A stretch of 41,841 nt of DNA, taken from positions 1 through 41,841 of the forward strand of contig JBFLVN010000003.1 in NCBI GenBank assembly GCA_040758475.1. The letters run 5' to 3'. Within the stretch, counting starts at the first letter, position 1; each line of letters opens with the position of its first letter. The stretch comes from Bdellovibrionota bacterium. Its GTDB lineage: Bacteria; JAGRBM01. The position numbers and the translations under genes were made by a program. This document shows positions 27,966 through 38,364 of this stretch, in pieces. The notes below the pieces were generated by a model, which was not told the origin of the DNA, did not search any database, and saw only the letters and a program-made list of their open reading frames with translations.

Positions 27966-29393
27966 TTCGATCCCGTATTCCTTGAGCTTATATAAGAGAG
28001 CCCGGTGTGAAATTTCGAGGAGCCGGGCGGCCTTGGTCCGGTTTCCCTCTGTTTGCACGAGCGCCTTGCGGATGAGTTCCTTCTCGACCCGTTCCGTCCA
28101 CCGCTTGATCGAAAGTCCTTCGGGAGATTCGGGAGAAACCGAAATCCCGGAGGCCACCGGCGATCCGGCGGCCGCGAAGGGGAGATCGGAAACATCGATC
28201 CACTCCGATTCCGAGAGAACGATGGCGCGTTCAATGACATTTTCCAGTTCGCGGACGTTCCCAGGCCATGCGTATCCCTGAAGAGCCGTGCGCGCCGCGG
28301 CGGTAAAACCCTGGATTTTCTTTCCGATCCGGCCGCTGTACTTGGCGATGAACCGGTCGGCAAGGACCGGAATGTCCTCCGGGCGTTCCCGGAGCGGCGG
28401 GATGTGGATGGGAAGGACATTGAGGCGGTAATAGAGATCGCGCCGGAACCGCCCTGATTCGACGTCCGCTTGAAGGTCCCGCAACGTCGCGGCAATGACC
28501 CGGACGTCCACCTTGCGAGATTTGTTCTCCCCTACCCGCCGGACCTCTTCCTCTTGAAGGACGCGCAAGAGTTTTACCTGGAGGGCCAGCGGTAGCTCCC
28601 CGATCTCATCGAGAAAGATCGTCCCGCCCTCCGCCTCTTCAAAGAGGCCGGCCTTGTTCCGCGACGCATCGGTAAAAGCCCCCTTGACGAAGCCGAAGAG
28701 TTCGCTTTCCAGAAGATTCTCCGGAATCGCGCCGCAATTGATGGCGACGAAATTCTTGCTCCGCCGGGCGCCACTTTCGTGAATTCCCCTGGCGATCATT
28801 TCCTTGCCGGTGCCGCTCTCTCCCGTGATGAGAACAGTCGTTTTGACATCCGCCACTTTCCGGACGGTCTCCAGAATGCCGCGCATGGAAGGGCTGGCGG
28901 CCAGGACATCTTCAAGGGAAAACGGGCCGCTGCTTTTTCCGACGCCGGTCTCGGCCGGTGCCGAAGCCTGTTGCCGGCGTTCGTGCACTTTGTCGAGAAC
29001 GAGCAGGATTTCACCCGCCTTGAAAGGTTTCGAGATGTAATCGTCCGCCCCGAGGCGAACCGCTTCGACTGCCTGGTCGTAGGTACCATAGGCACTCATC
29101 ATCACGACCGCCGGCTTGAGGCCGCGCGCGCGGAACTCCTTCAGGAACACAAGGCCATCCATCCGGGGCATGCGGATGTCGCAGAGAACGATGTCGTAAT
29201 CCTTCTGCGCGATCGAATCGAGGGCCGCCCGCCCGTCGGGAGCCGTCGATACTTGATACCCTTCCCGGTGAAGCATCACCGAGAGCATATGGCGCATATT
29301 CTCTTCATCGTCGACGACGAGCAAATGGCCGCCCCGGCCGGATTTGGAGGATTCCTCCTCCGAATCATTCTGCTTTTCAAGCCGTTCAGCCAC
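27963..29393 (-). CDS. pilR: Sigma-54-dependent response regulator (PilR-like; REC-AAA+-Fis HTH)
   Basis: VVDDE/LCDIRMP receiver, GESGTGKE Walker A, GAFTDA loop, IFLDEIGE and [16 protein letters not shown] at 29393 has a GGAGG RBS and overlaps the pilS stop. Confidence 0.88.
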   Translation of the reverse strand: MAERLEKQNDSEEESSKSGRGGHLLVVDDEENMRHMLSVMLHREGYQVSTAPDGRAALDSIAQKDYDIVLCDIRMPRMDGLVFLKEFRARGLKPAVVMMSAYGTYDQAVEAVRLGADDYISKPFKAGEILLVLDKVHERRQQASAPAETGVGKSSGPFSLEDVLAASPSMRGILETVRKVADVKTTVLITGESGTGKEMIARGIHESGARRSKNFVAINCGAIPENLLESELFGFVKGAFTDASRNKAGLFEEAEGGTIFLDEIGELPLALQVKLLRVLQEEEVRRVGENKSRKVDVRVIAATLRDLQADVESGRFRRDLYYRLNVLPIHIPPLRERPEDIPVLADRFIAKYSGRIGKKIQGFTAAARTALQGYAWPGNVRELENVIERAIVLSESEWIDVSDLPFAAAGSPVASGISVSPESPEGLSIKRWTERVEKELIRKALVQTEGNRTKAARLLEISHRALLYKLKEYGIE

Positions 29394-31008
29394 GCGAGGC
29401 CTCCGGAAGGGGAAGCCACAATTCAAAACATGCTCCTTGGGGAAGCCCTGCCGGAGATATGCGCCCTCCCCGATCGGAAAGCATCAGCGCCCCTCCCTGG
29501 CGGGAGGCGATCTGTGCGCTCACCGCAAGCCCCAGGCCTGTTCCGGCACCCGGCTCTTTCGTCGTAAAGAAAGGCTCGAAAAGCTTATCGGCGTGCTCGG
29601 GCGCAATCCCCGGTCCCGTGTCCTGAACCCGGACCACGGCCGCGGATTCTCCCGCACGCGGGTGGCGTCTTGGGATGGCTTCACCCAATTCCAGCATCGC
29701 TTCCTCGGCCTTCGATAGGGCGCGGGCCGGAAAAGATTCCTGGCCCGTGCGAATGACGACCCGGCCCTTGCCCGCCATGGCGTCTCCCGCGTTAATGAGC
29801 AAGTTAACGAGCACCTGCTCGACAAGGCCCGGATCGGCCCATGCTTCCACGGAATCCCCTTCCACTACGATCTCTACATTATGGAGAATCCGCTGCCCCT
29901 TGACCATTTCGCGGACCTTGCCCACAAGCGCCAGGAGATCGAGGACGCGGGGGTCGAATTTCTTCGGACGGGAGAAATCGAGCAAACCGCGCACGATCCG
30001 ATCCGCCCGGCCCAGTTCCCCGGAGGCTCGTTTGAGAAGATCCTTGCGTTCTTCTTCCGGGAGATTCGGCGTCGAGAGGATTTCCAGATATCCCGATACG
30101 ACGCTGAGAGGATTTCCGACTTCGTGAGCGATGCCCGAGGCGAGCCTTCCAATGGTGGCCATCTTTTCCGCCTGAATGAGTTCCCCTTGAGCTTTCTCAA
30201 GCTGTGCGAGGCGGGCGGCGAGCGCCTGCTCCCGCTCCAGAAGCTGACCGGTCATCAGGGAAAGATGGTGTCCGAGGGCGGAGAACTCCCGGGTAGCTCC
30301 CTCTTCAAACTCCACCTTTCTCGCGCCGGCGGCTACGGCCTGGGATGCCGCCACCAATCCACCGACGGGACGGACGACGAGCGTCTGCACCCGGTAGGCC
30401 CCGAGCCCCAAAAGCATGAAGAGAAGAAGCGAGACGTAGATCGCTAGAAACCATTTGTCCCGTACCCATCCCCAAAACGGAGGGTTCGAAACCCCTATTA
30501 AAACGCTCCCCAAAGTGGAGTGCCCACGGCTGCCGATGGGAGCCGCGGCCCACGTCCATGGAATAAGGCCGATCCCTTCTCCAAGCCCGCTGGGAGGCAG
30601 CGTCGTGGCCCCCCGGGCGAGCGCCTCTCGAAGGAGATGGAGAGGTGCCTCGTCAGGAGAATCGATTCCGTGGATGAGTTTCTCGCCCAATCCTGGCGCA
30701 TAGAGAGCAACCTTCACATCTCCGGTCGATCCCGTTCCATGGGATGCCTTCTCTAATTGATCTCGCAACCCCGCGAGGCTCTCTTCGGAAATACCTTCCC
30801 GCGTCAGGTCCGCTGCCAAAAGCCTAGCGATGCCCTCGGCGCGGTTGTACTGGACTTGAGCGCGTTCTTTTCCCAGAGCGAATGCCAGAATCAGGGAAAC
30901 AAGCGCGAATTCGATGACGGCCAAAAAAGCCATTTCCGCGAAAATTTCAATCAAAAGCGGGCGCTTCTTGAGCGAACGGAATTTCTCTGCAAACGGAACT
31001 TGTTCCAT
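29386..31008 (-). CDS. pilS: Two-component sensor histidine kinase (PilS-like)
   Basis: 2 TM plus a HAMP-like linker, with GIAHEVGNPL, VNLLINA, DTGPGI, FEPFFTTK and GTGLGL boxes. ATG at 31008 overlaps the pilD TGA (alternative start 31023). The name comes from context. Confidence 0.8.
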   Translation of the reverse strand: MEQVPFAEKFRSLKKRPLLIEIFAEMAFLAVIEFALVSLILAFALGKERAQVQYNRAEGIARLLAADLTREGISEESLAGLRDQLEKASHGTGSTGDVKVALYAPGLGEKLIHGIDSPDEAPLHLLREALARGATTLPPSGLGEGIGLIPWTWAAAPIGSRGHSTLGSVLIGVSNPPFWGWVRDKWFLAIYVSLLLFMLLGLGAYRVQTLVVRPVGGLVAASQAVAAGARKVEFEEGATREFSALGHHLSLMTGQLLEREQALAARLAQLEKAQGELIQAEKMATIGRLASGIAHEVGNPLSVVSGYLEILSTPNLPEEERKDLLKRASGELGRADRIVRGLLDFSRPKKFDPRVLDLLALVGKVREMVKGQRILHNVEIVVEGDSVEAWADPGLVEQVLVNLLINAGDAMAGKGRVVIRTGQESFPARALSKAEEAMLELGEAIPRRHPRAGESAAVVRVQDTGPGIAPEHADKLFEPFFTTKEPGAGTGLGLAVSAQIASRQGGALMLSDRGGRISPAGLPQGACFELWLPLPEASRG

Positions 31009-31814
31009 CAACGCACCAGCCATCTTACGGCGGAACCATAACCCCGGACGATACCCTCCGAATCGAGCAAGGAAAGAAACGCCCCAAGCGCCAGGAACGG
31101 GCCGAAGGGAATCGGCGTGTGGCGGCTCGAACGGCTAAGGAGCAAGTAGCTCCCGCCCACGACAGCGCCGGTGATCGATCCCGCGAAAAGGGCGACCATC
31201 GTGGCCTTGATACCCAAGAACGCGCCGATCATGGCAAGCAATTTGACGTCCCCACCGCCCATGCCCTCCCTCCCCCGCAAGCGGGCGTAAATCACCCGGA
31301 CCGCGAGTAGAAGCCCCATGCCGGCGGCCGCCCCCAGAAACGAATCCAACGGGCTCACGCCGCCAGGGAAAAAAGAGCAGAAAAGACCCATCCCGATTCC
31401 GGGAAGGCTGATGGCGTCCGGAACGATTTGCTCCCGCGCATCGATAACGGTGATCGCCGTCAAGCTCCAAACGAGAATCAGCGCCCCCGGAAGCTCCCAG
31501 CTCCAATCAAAACGGCGCCACACGATCCAGGTAAGGAAGGCAGTGAAAATCTCGAAAAAAAGATGTCCCGCCGAATAATGGCCGCCGCACCGGCGGCATC
31601 CCCCCCGCGTCAGGAGGTACCCCAAGAAAGGGATGTTGTCGTACCAAGCGATCGGGTGGCCGCACCGGCGGCAGTAAGAAGGCGGCGTCACGATGGAAAG
31701 CCCTTCCGGCAGGCGGCAGGAAACGACTCCGAGAAAGCTTCCTATGCTGGCGCCCAGCGAGAGAAAGAGAGCATCACCAAACCAGGAAGGCAGATGGGCA
31801 AAAAGCTCTTGCAC
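31008..31814 (-). CDS. pilD: Prepilin peptidase / N-methyltransferase
   Basis: GSFL..V..RLP, two CxxC motifs, WYDNIP, IDAREQIVPD, MGGGDVKL and IPFGPFLA. Confidence 0.97.
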   Translation of the reverse strand: MQELFAHLPSWFGDALFLSLGASIGSFLGVVSCRLPEGLSIVTPPSYCRRCGHPIAWYDNIPFLGYLLTRGGCRRCGGHYSAGHLFFEIFTAFLTWIVWRRFDWSWELPGALILVWSLTAITVIDAREQIVPDAISLPGIGMGLFCSFFPGGVSPLDSFLGAAAGMGLLLAVRVIYARLRGREGMGGGDVKLLAMIGAFLGIKATMVALFAGSITGAVVGGSYLLLSRSSRHTPIPFGPFLALGAFLSLLDSEGIVRGYGSAVRWLVR

Positions 31815-31855
31815 GAGCCGCTCCAGGCCCCCTCACCTTAATCGTGTAGAAGCAG

Positions 31856-31861
31856 TATAAT
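31856..31861 (+). promoter_or_regulatory. Possible sigma-70 -10 element for the TonB-like gene
   Basis: Perfect TATAAT 15 nt before a GGAGG RBS (31877-31881). No convincing -35. Confidence 0.4.
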
Positions 31862-31891
31862 GGTAATTTCGCGCTTGGAGGAAGCGGTTCC

Positions 31892-32863
31892 TTGCATTCT
31901 TCGCCTTATCCGCGCAACGACCATCAAAGGGGCCTTTCCCGGCTCTGGCCCTTCTTTGCCTCCGTAACCATACACGCGTTGTTGTTGTGGCTCGTCTTCG
32001 GCTTTGCCCCCAGGAAATTTCAAGAGCAGCCGGTTCCACTTTCGGTGCTCGAATGGGTGAGCCTGACCCCTCAAGCCCCATCACCGGAGCAAGCCTCTCC
32101 CGAAGCATCTCAGATTGTGAACGACCCGGCGGCAAACGATCTCGATCCCGAACGGGCCCGCTACCTCGCCGAGCGCTCTTCGCGTGTTGAAAAAGAAATG
32201 GCGGGGCCCCGGGGAGCCCTTCCCAGCGACAAATCGGCCGAATGGGAAGAGGAAAATAGCGAATCCCAAGAGCCTTCCCATAAATATTCAAGAGCTAAAA
32301 TTTTCCCAACTGAGAAACAATTAGCCCATCTCGTGGAAAATGCTCTTGAGACCGCCCCCGAAAGTTCGGACCAAGGCCAAACGAGAAAAAAGAATGGGGG
32401 AATACCCTCTCAGTTAGCTGATGGAGATGGATTCGATGCTTTGGATCCTACGATAGAAAAAGGAAATATCACCCTCCTCAATAAAAAAAGCTTTCGATTT
32501 GCTGGTTTTATCAAACGAGTGGCAAAACGGGTTTTTGTTCGTTATTTACGAAATCTTTACTCCATATCTACATTTTCCATGCTGACATCTGGAAGCCGCG
32601 GGCAATTCACGATTGAAACCCTATTAACCAAAGAAGGGGAACAATTATCAACCCAAATTATTCAACTCCAGGGGGACCCTACTTTGGCTGAAGCCGCGCG
32701 AGAGGCAATGGCTCAGGAGGCATGGGATCTTAACCCTCCCACTGGAGCCGAATCGGCTGATGGTTTTATTCATTTCCTTCTTATCGCGGATGTAGAGTAC
32801 CGGTGGATTAAACAAACGATGGAGCCCGCCTACGGTTACGAGATTTCTATTGGCATTCGATAA
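31892..32863 (+). CDS. TonB/TolA-like single-pass membrane protein
   Basis: N-terminal TM with S-x3-H (ASVTIH), a Pro/Glu-rich linker and a TonB_C-like C-terminal alpha/beta domain. TTG start with GGAGG RBS. Confidence 0.65.
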   Translation: MHSSPYPRNDHQRGLSRLWPFFASVTIHALLLWLVFGFAPRKFQEQPVPLSVLEWVSLTPQAPSPEQASPEASQIVNDPAANDLDPERARYLAERSSRVEKEMAGPRGALPSDKSAEWEEENSESQEPSHKYSRAKIFPTEKQLAHLVENALETAPESSDQGQTRKKNGGIPSQLADGDGFDALDPTIEKGNITLLNKKSFRFAGFIKRVAKRVFVRYLRNLYSISTFSMLTSGSRGQFTIETLLTKEGEQLSTQIIQLQGDPTLAEAAREAMAQEAWDLNPPTGAESADGFIHFLLIADVEYRWIKQTMEPAYGYEISIGIR

Positions 32864-32865
32864 AT

Positions 32866-33852
32866 TCACCACTTGGCGAGGTGATCCTCGACCACTCCGA
32901 AAATGTTTTTAATCCCGATTTTCTCGCCACCGATCAAAACGTGCCCGCTGAAAATTCCGCAAGGCTGGATGAAATCACTACGGACGAGGCCAAAGTTGAC
33001 GTGCTCTTCTCGTGTTCCCCAGGGCGTGAATTCCAAATCGATTTCCTTGCTCTGAAGGCGCCATGCCCCTCTGCGCGGATCGGGCGGCAGTTCAAACCGC
33101 ACGCTTCCCAAAGGATGAGCCTTTCCTTCGATCCAGAAAGCATTTTCCTGGGAAACCCCACCCGGCCCCTCGTAGACGTCGGAGGAAAGGTTCAGCCCCA
33201 AAGCCCGGCCATCTGGCGCGCGCCCGGAAAACGACGCCCATTTCCACTTCGTCTCCCGGCGAGCCACGGAGCGAGTCCAATCAATCGCTGCCAAGGCTTT
33301 TTCGGCCCGGATCGTTTCATTGCCGTACCGAAATTCCCCGGAAGCCGGAAGCCCTGCCGCCTTGTGGGTATAAGCTGGCCTCCCCGGTTCGAGTTCAAAG
33401 AGAAGAGCCAGAGAATCCTGCGGCTCAAAGGTGAAAGTCCCTCGCAAAGGCTTACCCTGAAGCGAGAGATCCAGTTCCACCAGCCAGCGCCCGTCGTATT
33501 GGACACGAATGCGGTCTTCCCCCAGGCGCCAAAGGCTCTCGCCTGAAACGGAACTCGGTGCAAATTGAAGAGCTTTCCCCAAAGGTGAGAGAGCCGAGTA
33601 TTCCCGTTTTTCTTCCGGCCGTTCCCGGTCGACGACATAACAAAACGCATTGGCTACGTACCCAAGTTGTACGAGGGCGAAGGCTACAAACCACCGATCG
33701 GAGGTAAGAGCCGAATAATGCCATTCCTTGAGACGGAACTTACCGCCCAATCCATTCCAACGGACGTTGGGATTCGCAATGGGATGCCGGTAACGCCCAT
33801 AGGCGTAAGACCGGCCTACGCGAGCAGTGGCGGGAGGATGATCGTTCAGCAA
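32866..33852 (-). CDS. DUF2804-like protein
   Basis: Motif order LKEWHY, LGY, YTHK, DWTR..RETKWKWAS, GLNL, ENAFW, FIQPCG.F.G, GVVEDH.A.W as I recall for that family; not verified by HMM. Confidence 0.7.
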   Translation of the reverse strand: MLNDHPPATARVGRSYAYGRYRHPIANPNVRWNGLGGKFRLKEWHYSALTSDRWFVAFALVQLGYVANAFCYVVDRERPEEKREYSALSPLGKALQFAPSSVSGESLWRLGEDRIRVQYDGRWLVELDLSLQGKPLRGTFTFEPQDSLALLFELEPGRPAYTHKAAGLPASGEFRYGNETIRAEKALAAIDWTRSVARRETKWKWASFSGRAPDGRALGLNLSSDVYEGPGGVSQENAFWIEGKAHPLGSVRFELPPDPRRGAWRLQSKEIDLEFTPWGTREEHVNFGLVRSDFIQPCGIFSGHVLIGGEKIGIKNIFGVVEDHLAKW

Positions 33853-33862
33853 GCTTTGCTTC

Positions 33863-36800
33863 TCAGGGCGCCACCGGGGGCGTAGCCGCTGCCGTCTTCT
33901 GCCACTTCCGGAGCGAAGCGTTCATCACGTCCACGAACGCTTCCATTACGTCGGGATCCCGGGCGGCGTTGTAATACCCCTTGTCCCACGCCACGTCGTG
34001 GGCTCCGATGAGCGAGATCGTAACGCCTTCTCGAACGAGCGCATGGAATCCCCTCACGGCGTCGTTCAGGTAAAGCTTTCCGGAGGGATCCTTCTTCGTA
34101 AACATGAGCCGGGCCGCCGGAATGGATTGCTCCATGTACGTCGTGGCCCCATTCTTTCGCATGGCGTTGAAGGGATAGCGCATGAGGCGGCGCACGCCAG
34201 GGCGGTTCTGCTCTTCCAGAATGTTCCGGATCTTCTCCCGCTCGGATTTGATCGTGCCGGAGGCGTTCTTGAGAACCCCGTAGAGGAGCGGATCGACCGG
34301 AGCCCAGTCCTTTGAATTCGGCCTTAGAACTTCACCCAGGGATTCCTGGAGCACGTGGTCGTACTTGGCGTCCAGTTCGACCCACCGCTGAAGCAGGAAG
34401 AGGGATTCGGTGACCGCCCCGCGCTTCAAAAGCCGTCCGAGCATCCGGTTAAAGGCGATCGCGAGGCTCGGCGGCGCGTCCAAATAAGTGCGGGCATGGG
34501 GCATATACTGACGGATATCTCCGTCGTCGGGCTTGTCGTCGATCAGGCGGGCGAAGGCCCGGGCCGATTTCCCCTCTTTGTCGCACCCCGTAACCTCTCC
34601 GAAAACGTTGTCTAGATCGTGCAAGTCGAGCCCCGGCGGCGGGTTATTGAGAACCGAGGCCACCCATTCAAAGAAAACCTGGGAATTCTCCCGGCTCTTG
34701 TCGTCCGAAAGGATTCGATCGAAAAGCAGGAGGTAGGGCCGGACCAGCCGAGTCCGCCGCCCGGCGGGAACACGAAGCGTATACTGGGCCGAGTCCAGGA
34801 AGACGCTCAGAGCCTTGCGGTTCGGGTTCGAGGGGAGGCGTGTGTCGCGGACTTTCTTGAGGGAGGCGATGAAATTCTCGACCACCCCCTGCTCAAAAAC
34901 CGCGTTCATGGTGGGATCAAAGAGTCCGGAAGCACCCGAGAGATAGGCCGAATGGATCATCTCGACCAGGTATGGCGCATCGCCCCGCTTGGCGAGTTCC
35001 TGAATCATCACGAACATCTCTTTGAGCGGGGTCGTCTTGATCAGCGCCCGGACGGGAGCCGGATCGGCCACTAATTCGGTCAAGATGTCGGGTTCGCAGA
35101 ACATGTTCCCGATGCCGGCCATCTTGACCATGAAATCGTAGGCGCCTGCGAAGCGCTCCACGGTGCTGGCCTTGAGGTGAGCTGAGGCCTCGAAGGCCGA
35201 AACGGCAAGGTTCTTGGTCGGGAACTTGATCGGAATACCGGGCAGGTTTACCGGCACCACAACGTTCGTCATGGCGATCGGAATACCACAGTTGAGCGGC
35301 GAGTAGGCCGTATCCAGGAGCTTGAGCATCCGGATGTTGTCCGAAGGATATTCGCGCCCCTTGGCCAGGACTTTCTTCCCGTCGGGAAGCGTGTGGTACT
35401 TGAAAATCTCCCCCATCTTGAGACGCTGTTCCTGGGTCAAGTCGTCCAGGAATGCGTCGATCACGATTTCGAGGGAATTGCGCCCGCTCGCATCGCGGGT
35501 CAGGAGGCGGTCCACGCCGTCCAGGATCGTCTCCATGTAGGTTTGATTCGGATGCACTTCGTCCTTTTCGAAGAAGGCGTCCATGGCGATGAGTAGCGTG
35601 TAGGGAACGGGACGCCCTTCATTGTCCTTGGCCGAAAAGATGTGGCCCACGTCCGTGAGGGCCTTGTCGAAAACTTCCTGCCGGGAGAGGACTTGGAAGG
35701 CTTCGTGCAAAGCGGGAAGGTCCCGGTAATTGGCTAAAATGGCAGTCGAATCGAGCACGTCGTCCACCAGGGCGTTTTTCCAGAAATTGAGGACACCTTC
35801 GGTGATGACCTGCCGCCGGGGATCGTTCACGTACGCGTCGATAAAGGCGGCCCAATTCTTGAGCATCCGGTCATAGGGCTTGTTGGTTTCCTGGGCGAGA
35901 ACGCACGCCAAGGGCTCATAGGCGGCGTTCGCGAAGCTCTCGCCGTGCCGCAGGTCGATCATTTCGTTGAAAATCCGGGGGCCCAGTTTGTGGGCACCCT
36001 TGTCCACGATCCCCGCCTGGTAATCGATCATGGACTCGAAATCCTTCTTGTTCTGGTCGAAGAAGGCGTAGAAATATTCGAGCGGGATATCGAAGAGATC
36101 GTTTGTCGTCCGGTTATTCCAATCCAGGTTCATATCCGGCAGCTTGGAGAGGGCCTCGAACATCTGGCCGCGCCGCGGATAACGGGCGAATACGTCGAGT
36201 ATCAGGATGATGTCCGTAAGCCCTGACTTGCCCTTCGAATCGTTCACGCCGAGCGCCAGGAGGAACTTGTCGAAAACCTCTGTAAGCCCGATCTTGTGCC
36301 CCTGCCCCAGCACTTCCGCCAGATCGAGGTAAATGCCGTCTTCGGCCAAATCTCGATTCGCTTCGTAGTAGAGACGAACCTCTTCCATCTGGTAAGGCTT
36401 GGGATAGACGGCATCAAAAGCCTTAAACGCACGAACGACGTCCGGATCGGTCGCCTTGGCGGGTTTGACGCTCGGGTCTTCAGCGATCCGGCGGTAAGCT
36501 GCGAGTACTTTGGCCAACGCGCCGCTACGCTCGAGATCGTCGATCAAGGGGTTGATGAGCTTGGCCTTGCGCTTGGCATCAGAAGTCCAGGCTCGCTCGA
36601 TGTCTTCCAGAAATGCCTTTAAATCATTGGCACCGAGCGAGAACGGGATTTCTTGAACGAGCGAGTGGCCAAAACGGTCCCGGGCCTCGATCCGCAGGAG
36701 GCGGTCACCTTCCCCGTGGGTCCGGTAGTCGAGAGACTGGCCGCTCTGAAAGGGTTTTCCATTCAACGTCACCCGGAGGCTCGAGCGATCGAGATTCGGA

Positions 36801-38071
36801 TCGCTCACTTCCACATCGATCCGGGCCCGTTCGGTCGTCATGCCGGCGCTCACGCCCCGCACCTCGGCAACCGGCGGTTTAAGATCGCTCGCGAACGACA
36901 GAAGCTGTTCCGCCTTGTTTCCGGCGCTGTCGGTAAGCCTCAAAACCAATTTGTGACTCCCGTCAGGAATGTCCATTTCGGGAATGGTCAACGGGAACTG
37001 GGCCGTCTCCACTCGCACCTCGGCTACGGGGAGGTCATCAACAAGTGCCTGCACCGTTGCCGGCACCTTGCTTGAGAAAATCTTGAGCGCGAAGGGGAGC
37101 TGGGAAACAAGGACACCCCCCTTGGGTTCGAGGATCTTGAGGCCGGGCCGCTCTGTATCGAATTTGACGATCCGAACTTCTTTCGTTTCATTCCCGGCGC
37201 TGTCCTGGGCAACCAATTCAAACCGTTCTTCGAGACCGATGAGGGGAAGAGTCGTCCGGAACTTCCCCGCCTCATCCAGGGGGAGAGGCTGCCCGTTCAA
37301 CGTGAGGGTGGCTCCCTTCTCGTTAACCACCCCTTCGAACAGGACTTCCTGTTCATTCGTACTCGCATCCTTGGGAGGCGAATCAAGAACGATCTGCGGG
37401 GGCTCCAGATCGCGCAACACGCGGGCCGTCGCGCGCCATGTTTCCCCTTCCTCGTCTACGCCTGTCGCCACGACGACGCTGGCCCCGTCCGGAACGATGA
37501 CGCCCTCGGCCACGAAAGCAGGGGATTTCTCCGATTCCCGCTTGGCGGCGATCTTGCCGACTTGCAGATTTTTCAGTTGCGGATCGGCCTCGCCGCGCAC
37601 CGTGATCCAGCGGTCCTGGACGAGACTGCCATCCGAGGGGCTCACGATCTTGATCTTGGATTCCGGGGCGCGCTTGATCGAGAAGCGCACTTCGTTGGAA
37701 AGCGTGTTTTTGCGGGCCGTCAAAACGACGTCGTTTTCCCCCATCCGCAAGGAGAGATGGCGGATAAAAATATCCCCCGTAGTGGGATCGGGTCCTTCGA
37801 TCGGGATCGATTCGCCGTTGAAAAAAGCGACTACCCGTGCTTGGGGATCGCGAATGCGCGCCTGAACGTCGATGAACTCTTCGCTAGTGGTCGCTTCGCC
37901 GCGAGGCTCGATGAACTCGATGTGGAGCTGCTGGGAATAACGGATATCCCGGATCCGGAGATAAAGCGGGCCTTTCACCGAAGAACCGCAAGTCGAAAAC
38001 CAGAGGGCCCAGAAGACCGCCAGAAGGACGGAAATTCCTCGCCGACGAGCATTGGTTGAAACATGTTGCAT
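33863..38071 (-). CDS. Large exported protein (possible lipoprotein) with five Ig-like repeats and a long helical region
   Basis: Long ORF, basic/hydrophobic N-terminus ending FSTC, and repeated P.I.I..P..G ... A.D.AGN units. The start is uncertain (38071, 38086 or 38125). Confidence 0.8.
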   Translation of the reverse strand: MQHVSTNARRRGISVLLAVFWALWFSTCGSSVKGPLYLRIRDIRYSQQLHIEFIEPRGEATTSEEFIDVQARIRDPQARVVAFFNGESIPIEGPDPTTGDIFIRHLSLRMGENDVVLTARKNTLSNEVRFSIKRAPESKIKIVSPSDGSLVQDRWITVRGEADPQLKNLQVGKIAAKRESEKSPAFVAEGVIVPDGASVVVATGVDEEGETWRATARVLRDLEPPQIVLDSPPKDASTNEQEVLFEGVVNEKGATLTLNGQPLPLDEAGKFRTTLPLIGLEERFELVAQDSAGNETKEVRIVKFDTERPGLKILEPKGGVLVSQLPFALKIFSSKVPATVQALVDDLPVAEVRVETAQFPLTIPEMDIPDGSHKLVLRLTDSAGNKAEQLLSFASDLKPPVAEVRGVSAGMTTERARIDVEVSDPNLDRSSLRVTLNGKPFQSGQSLDYRTHGEGDRLLRIEARDRFGHSLVQEIPFSLGANDLKAFLEDIERAWTSDAKRKAKLINPLIDDLERSGALAKVLAAYRRIAEDPSVKPAKATDPDVVRAFKAFDAVYPKPYQMEEVRLYYEANRDLAEDGIYLDLAEVLGQGHKIGLTEVFDKFLLALGVNDSKGKSGLTDIILILDVFARYPRRGQMFEALSKLPDMNLDWNNRTTNDLFDIPLEYFYAFFDQNKKDFESMIDYQAGIVDKGAHKLGPRIFNEMIDLRHGESFANAAYEPLACVLAQETNKPYDRMLKNWAAFIDAYVNDPRRQVITEGVLNFWKNALVDDVLDSTAILANYRDLPALHEAFQVLSRQEVFDKALTDVGHIFSAKDNEGRPVPYTLLIAMDAFFEKDEVHPNQTYMETILDGVDRLLTRDASGRNSLEIVIDAFLDDLTQEQRLKMGEIFKYHTLPDGKKVLAKGREYPSDNIRMLKLLDTAYSPLNCGIPIAMTNVVVPVNLPGIPIKFPTKNLAVSAFEASAHLKASTVERFAGAYDFMVKMAGIGNMFCEPDILTELVADPAPVRALIKTTPLKEMFVMIQELAKRGDAPYLVEMIHSAYLSGASGLFDPTMNAVFEQGVVENFIASLKKVRDTRLPSNPNRKALSVFLDSAQYTLRVPAGRRTRLVRPYLLLFDRILSDDKSRENSQVFFEWVASVLNNPPPGLDLHDLDNVFGEVTGCDKEGKSARAFARLIDDKPDDGDIRQYMPHARTYLDAPPSLAIAFNRMLGRLLKRGAVTESLFLLQRWVELDAKYDHVLQESLGEVLRPNSKDWAPVDPLLYGVLKNASGTIKSEREKIRNILEEQNRPGVRRLMRYPFNAMRKNGATTYMEQSIPAARLMFTKKDPSGKLYLNDAVRGFHALVREGVTISLIGAHDVAWDKGYYNAARDPDVMEAFVDVMNASLRKWQKTAAATPPVAP

Positions 38072-38364
38072 TACCGAACTTCCCATCCGCCGGCGGAAAA
38101 CCGGCAAAAAGCCATCAGGCGCCACCCGAAGACCGTGGCCCTCCCCTCCAAGGCACCCAAGTTCCTGAGATTGTTGACGGAATCCGTCGTTTCGCCAGTA
38201 AAATTATGAAAAATCGGCCATCCGGGAGTCAAAGAGACGTTTGAGAACGTTTGCCCCATCCGCCCATAAATTTGGCTTGCCTATTGGCCTCCGAACCACT
38301 AAAAAGGCGCCCCTCTGGCGGTTCCGGGCGCCGATCCGGCCCGCCATCCAGAAGGAGCCAAAAC

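Noticed and set aside
28660-28700. GAFTDA instead of GAFTGA as a sign of a non-functional activator
   Set aside because: GAFTDA is a common natural variant, the critical F and T are intact, and a sigma-54 promoter lies adjacent.
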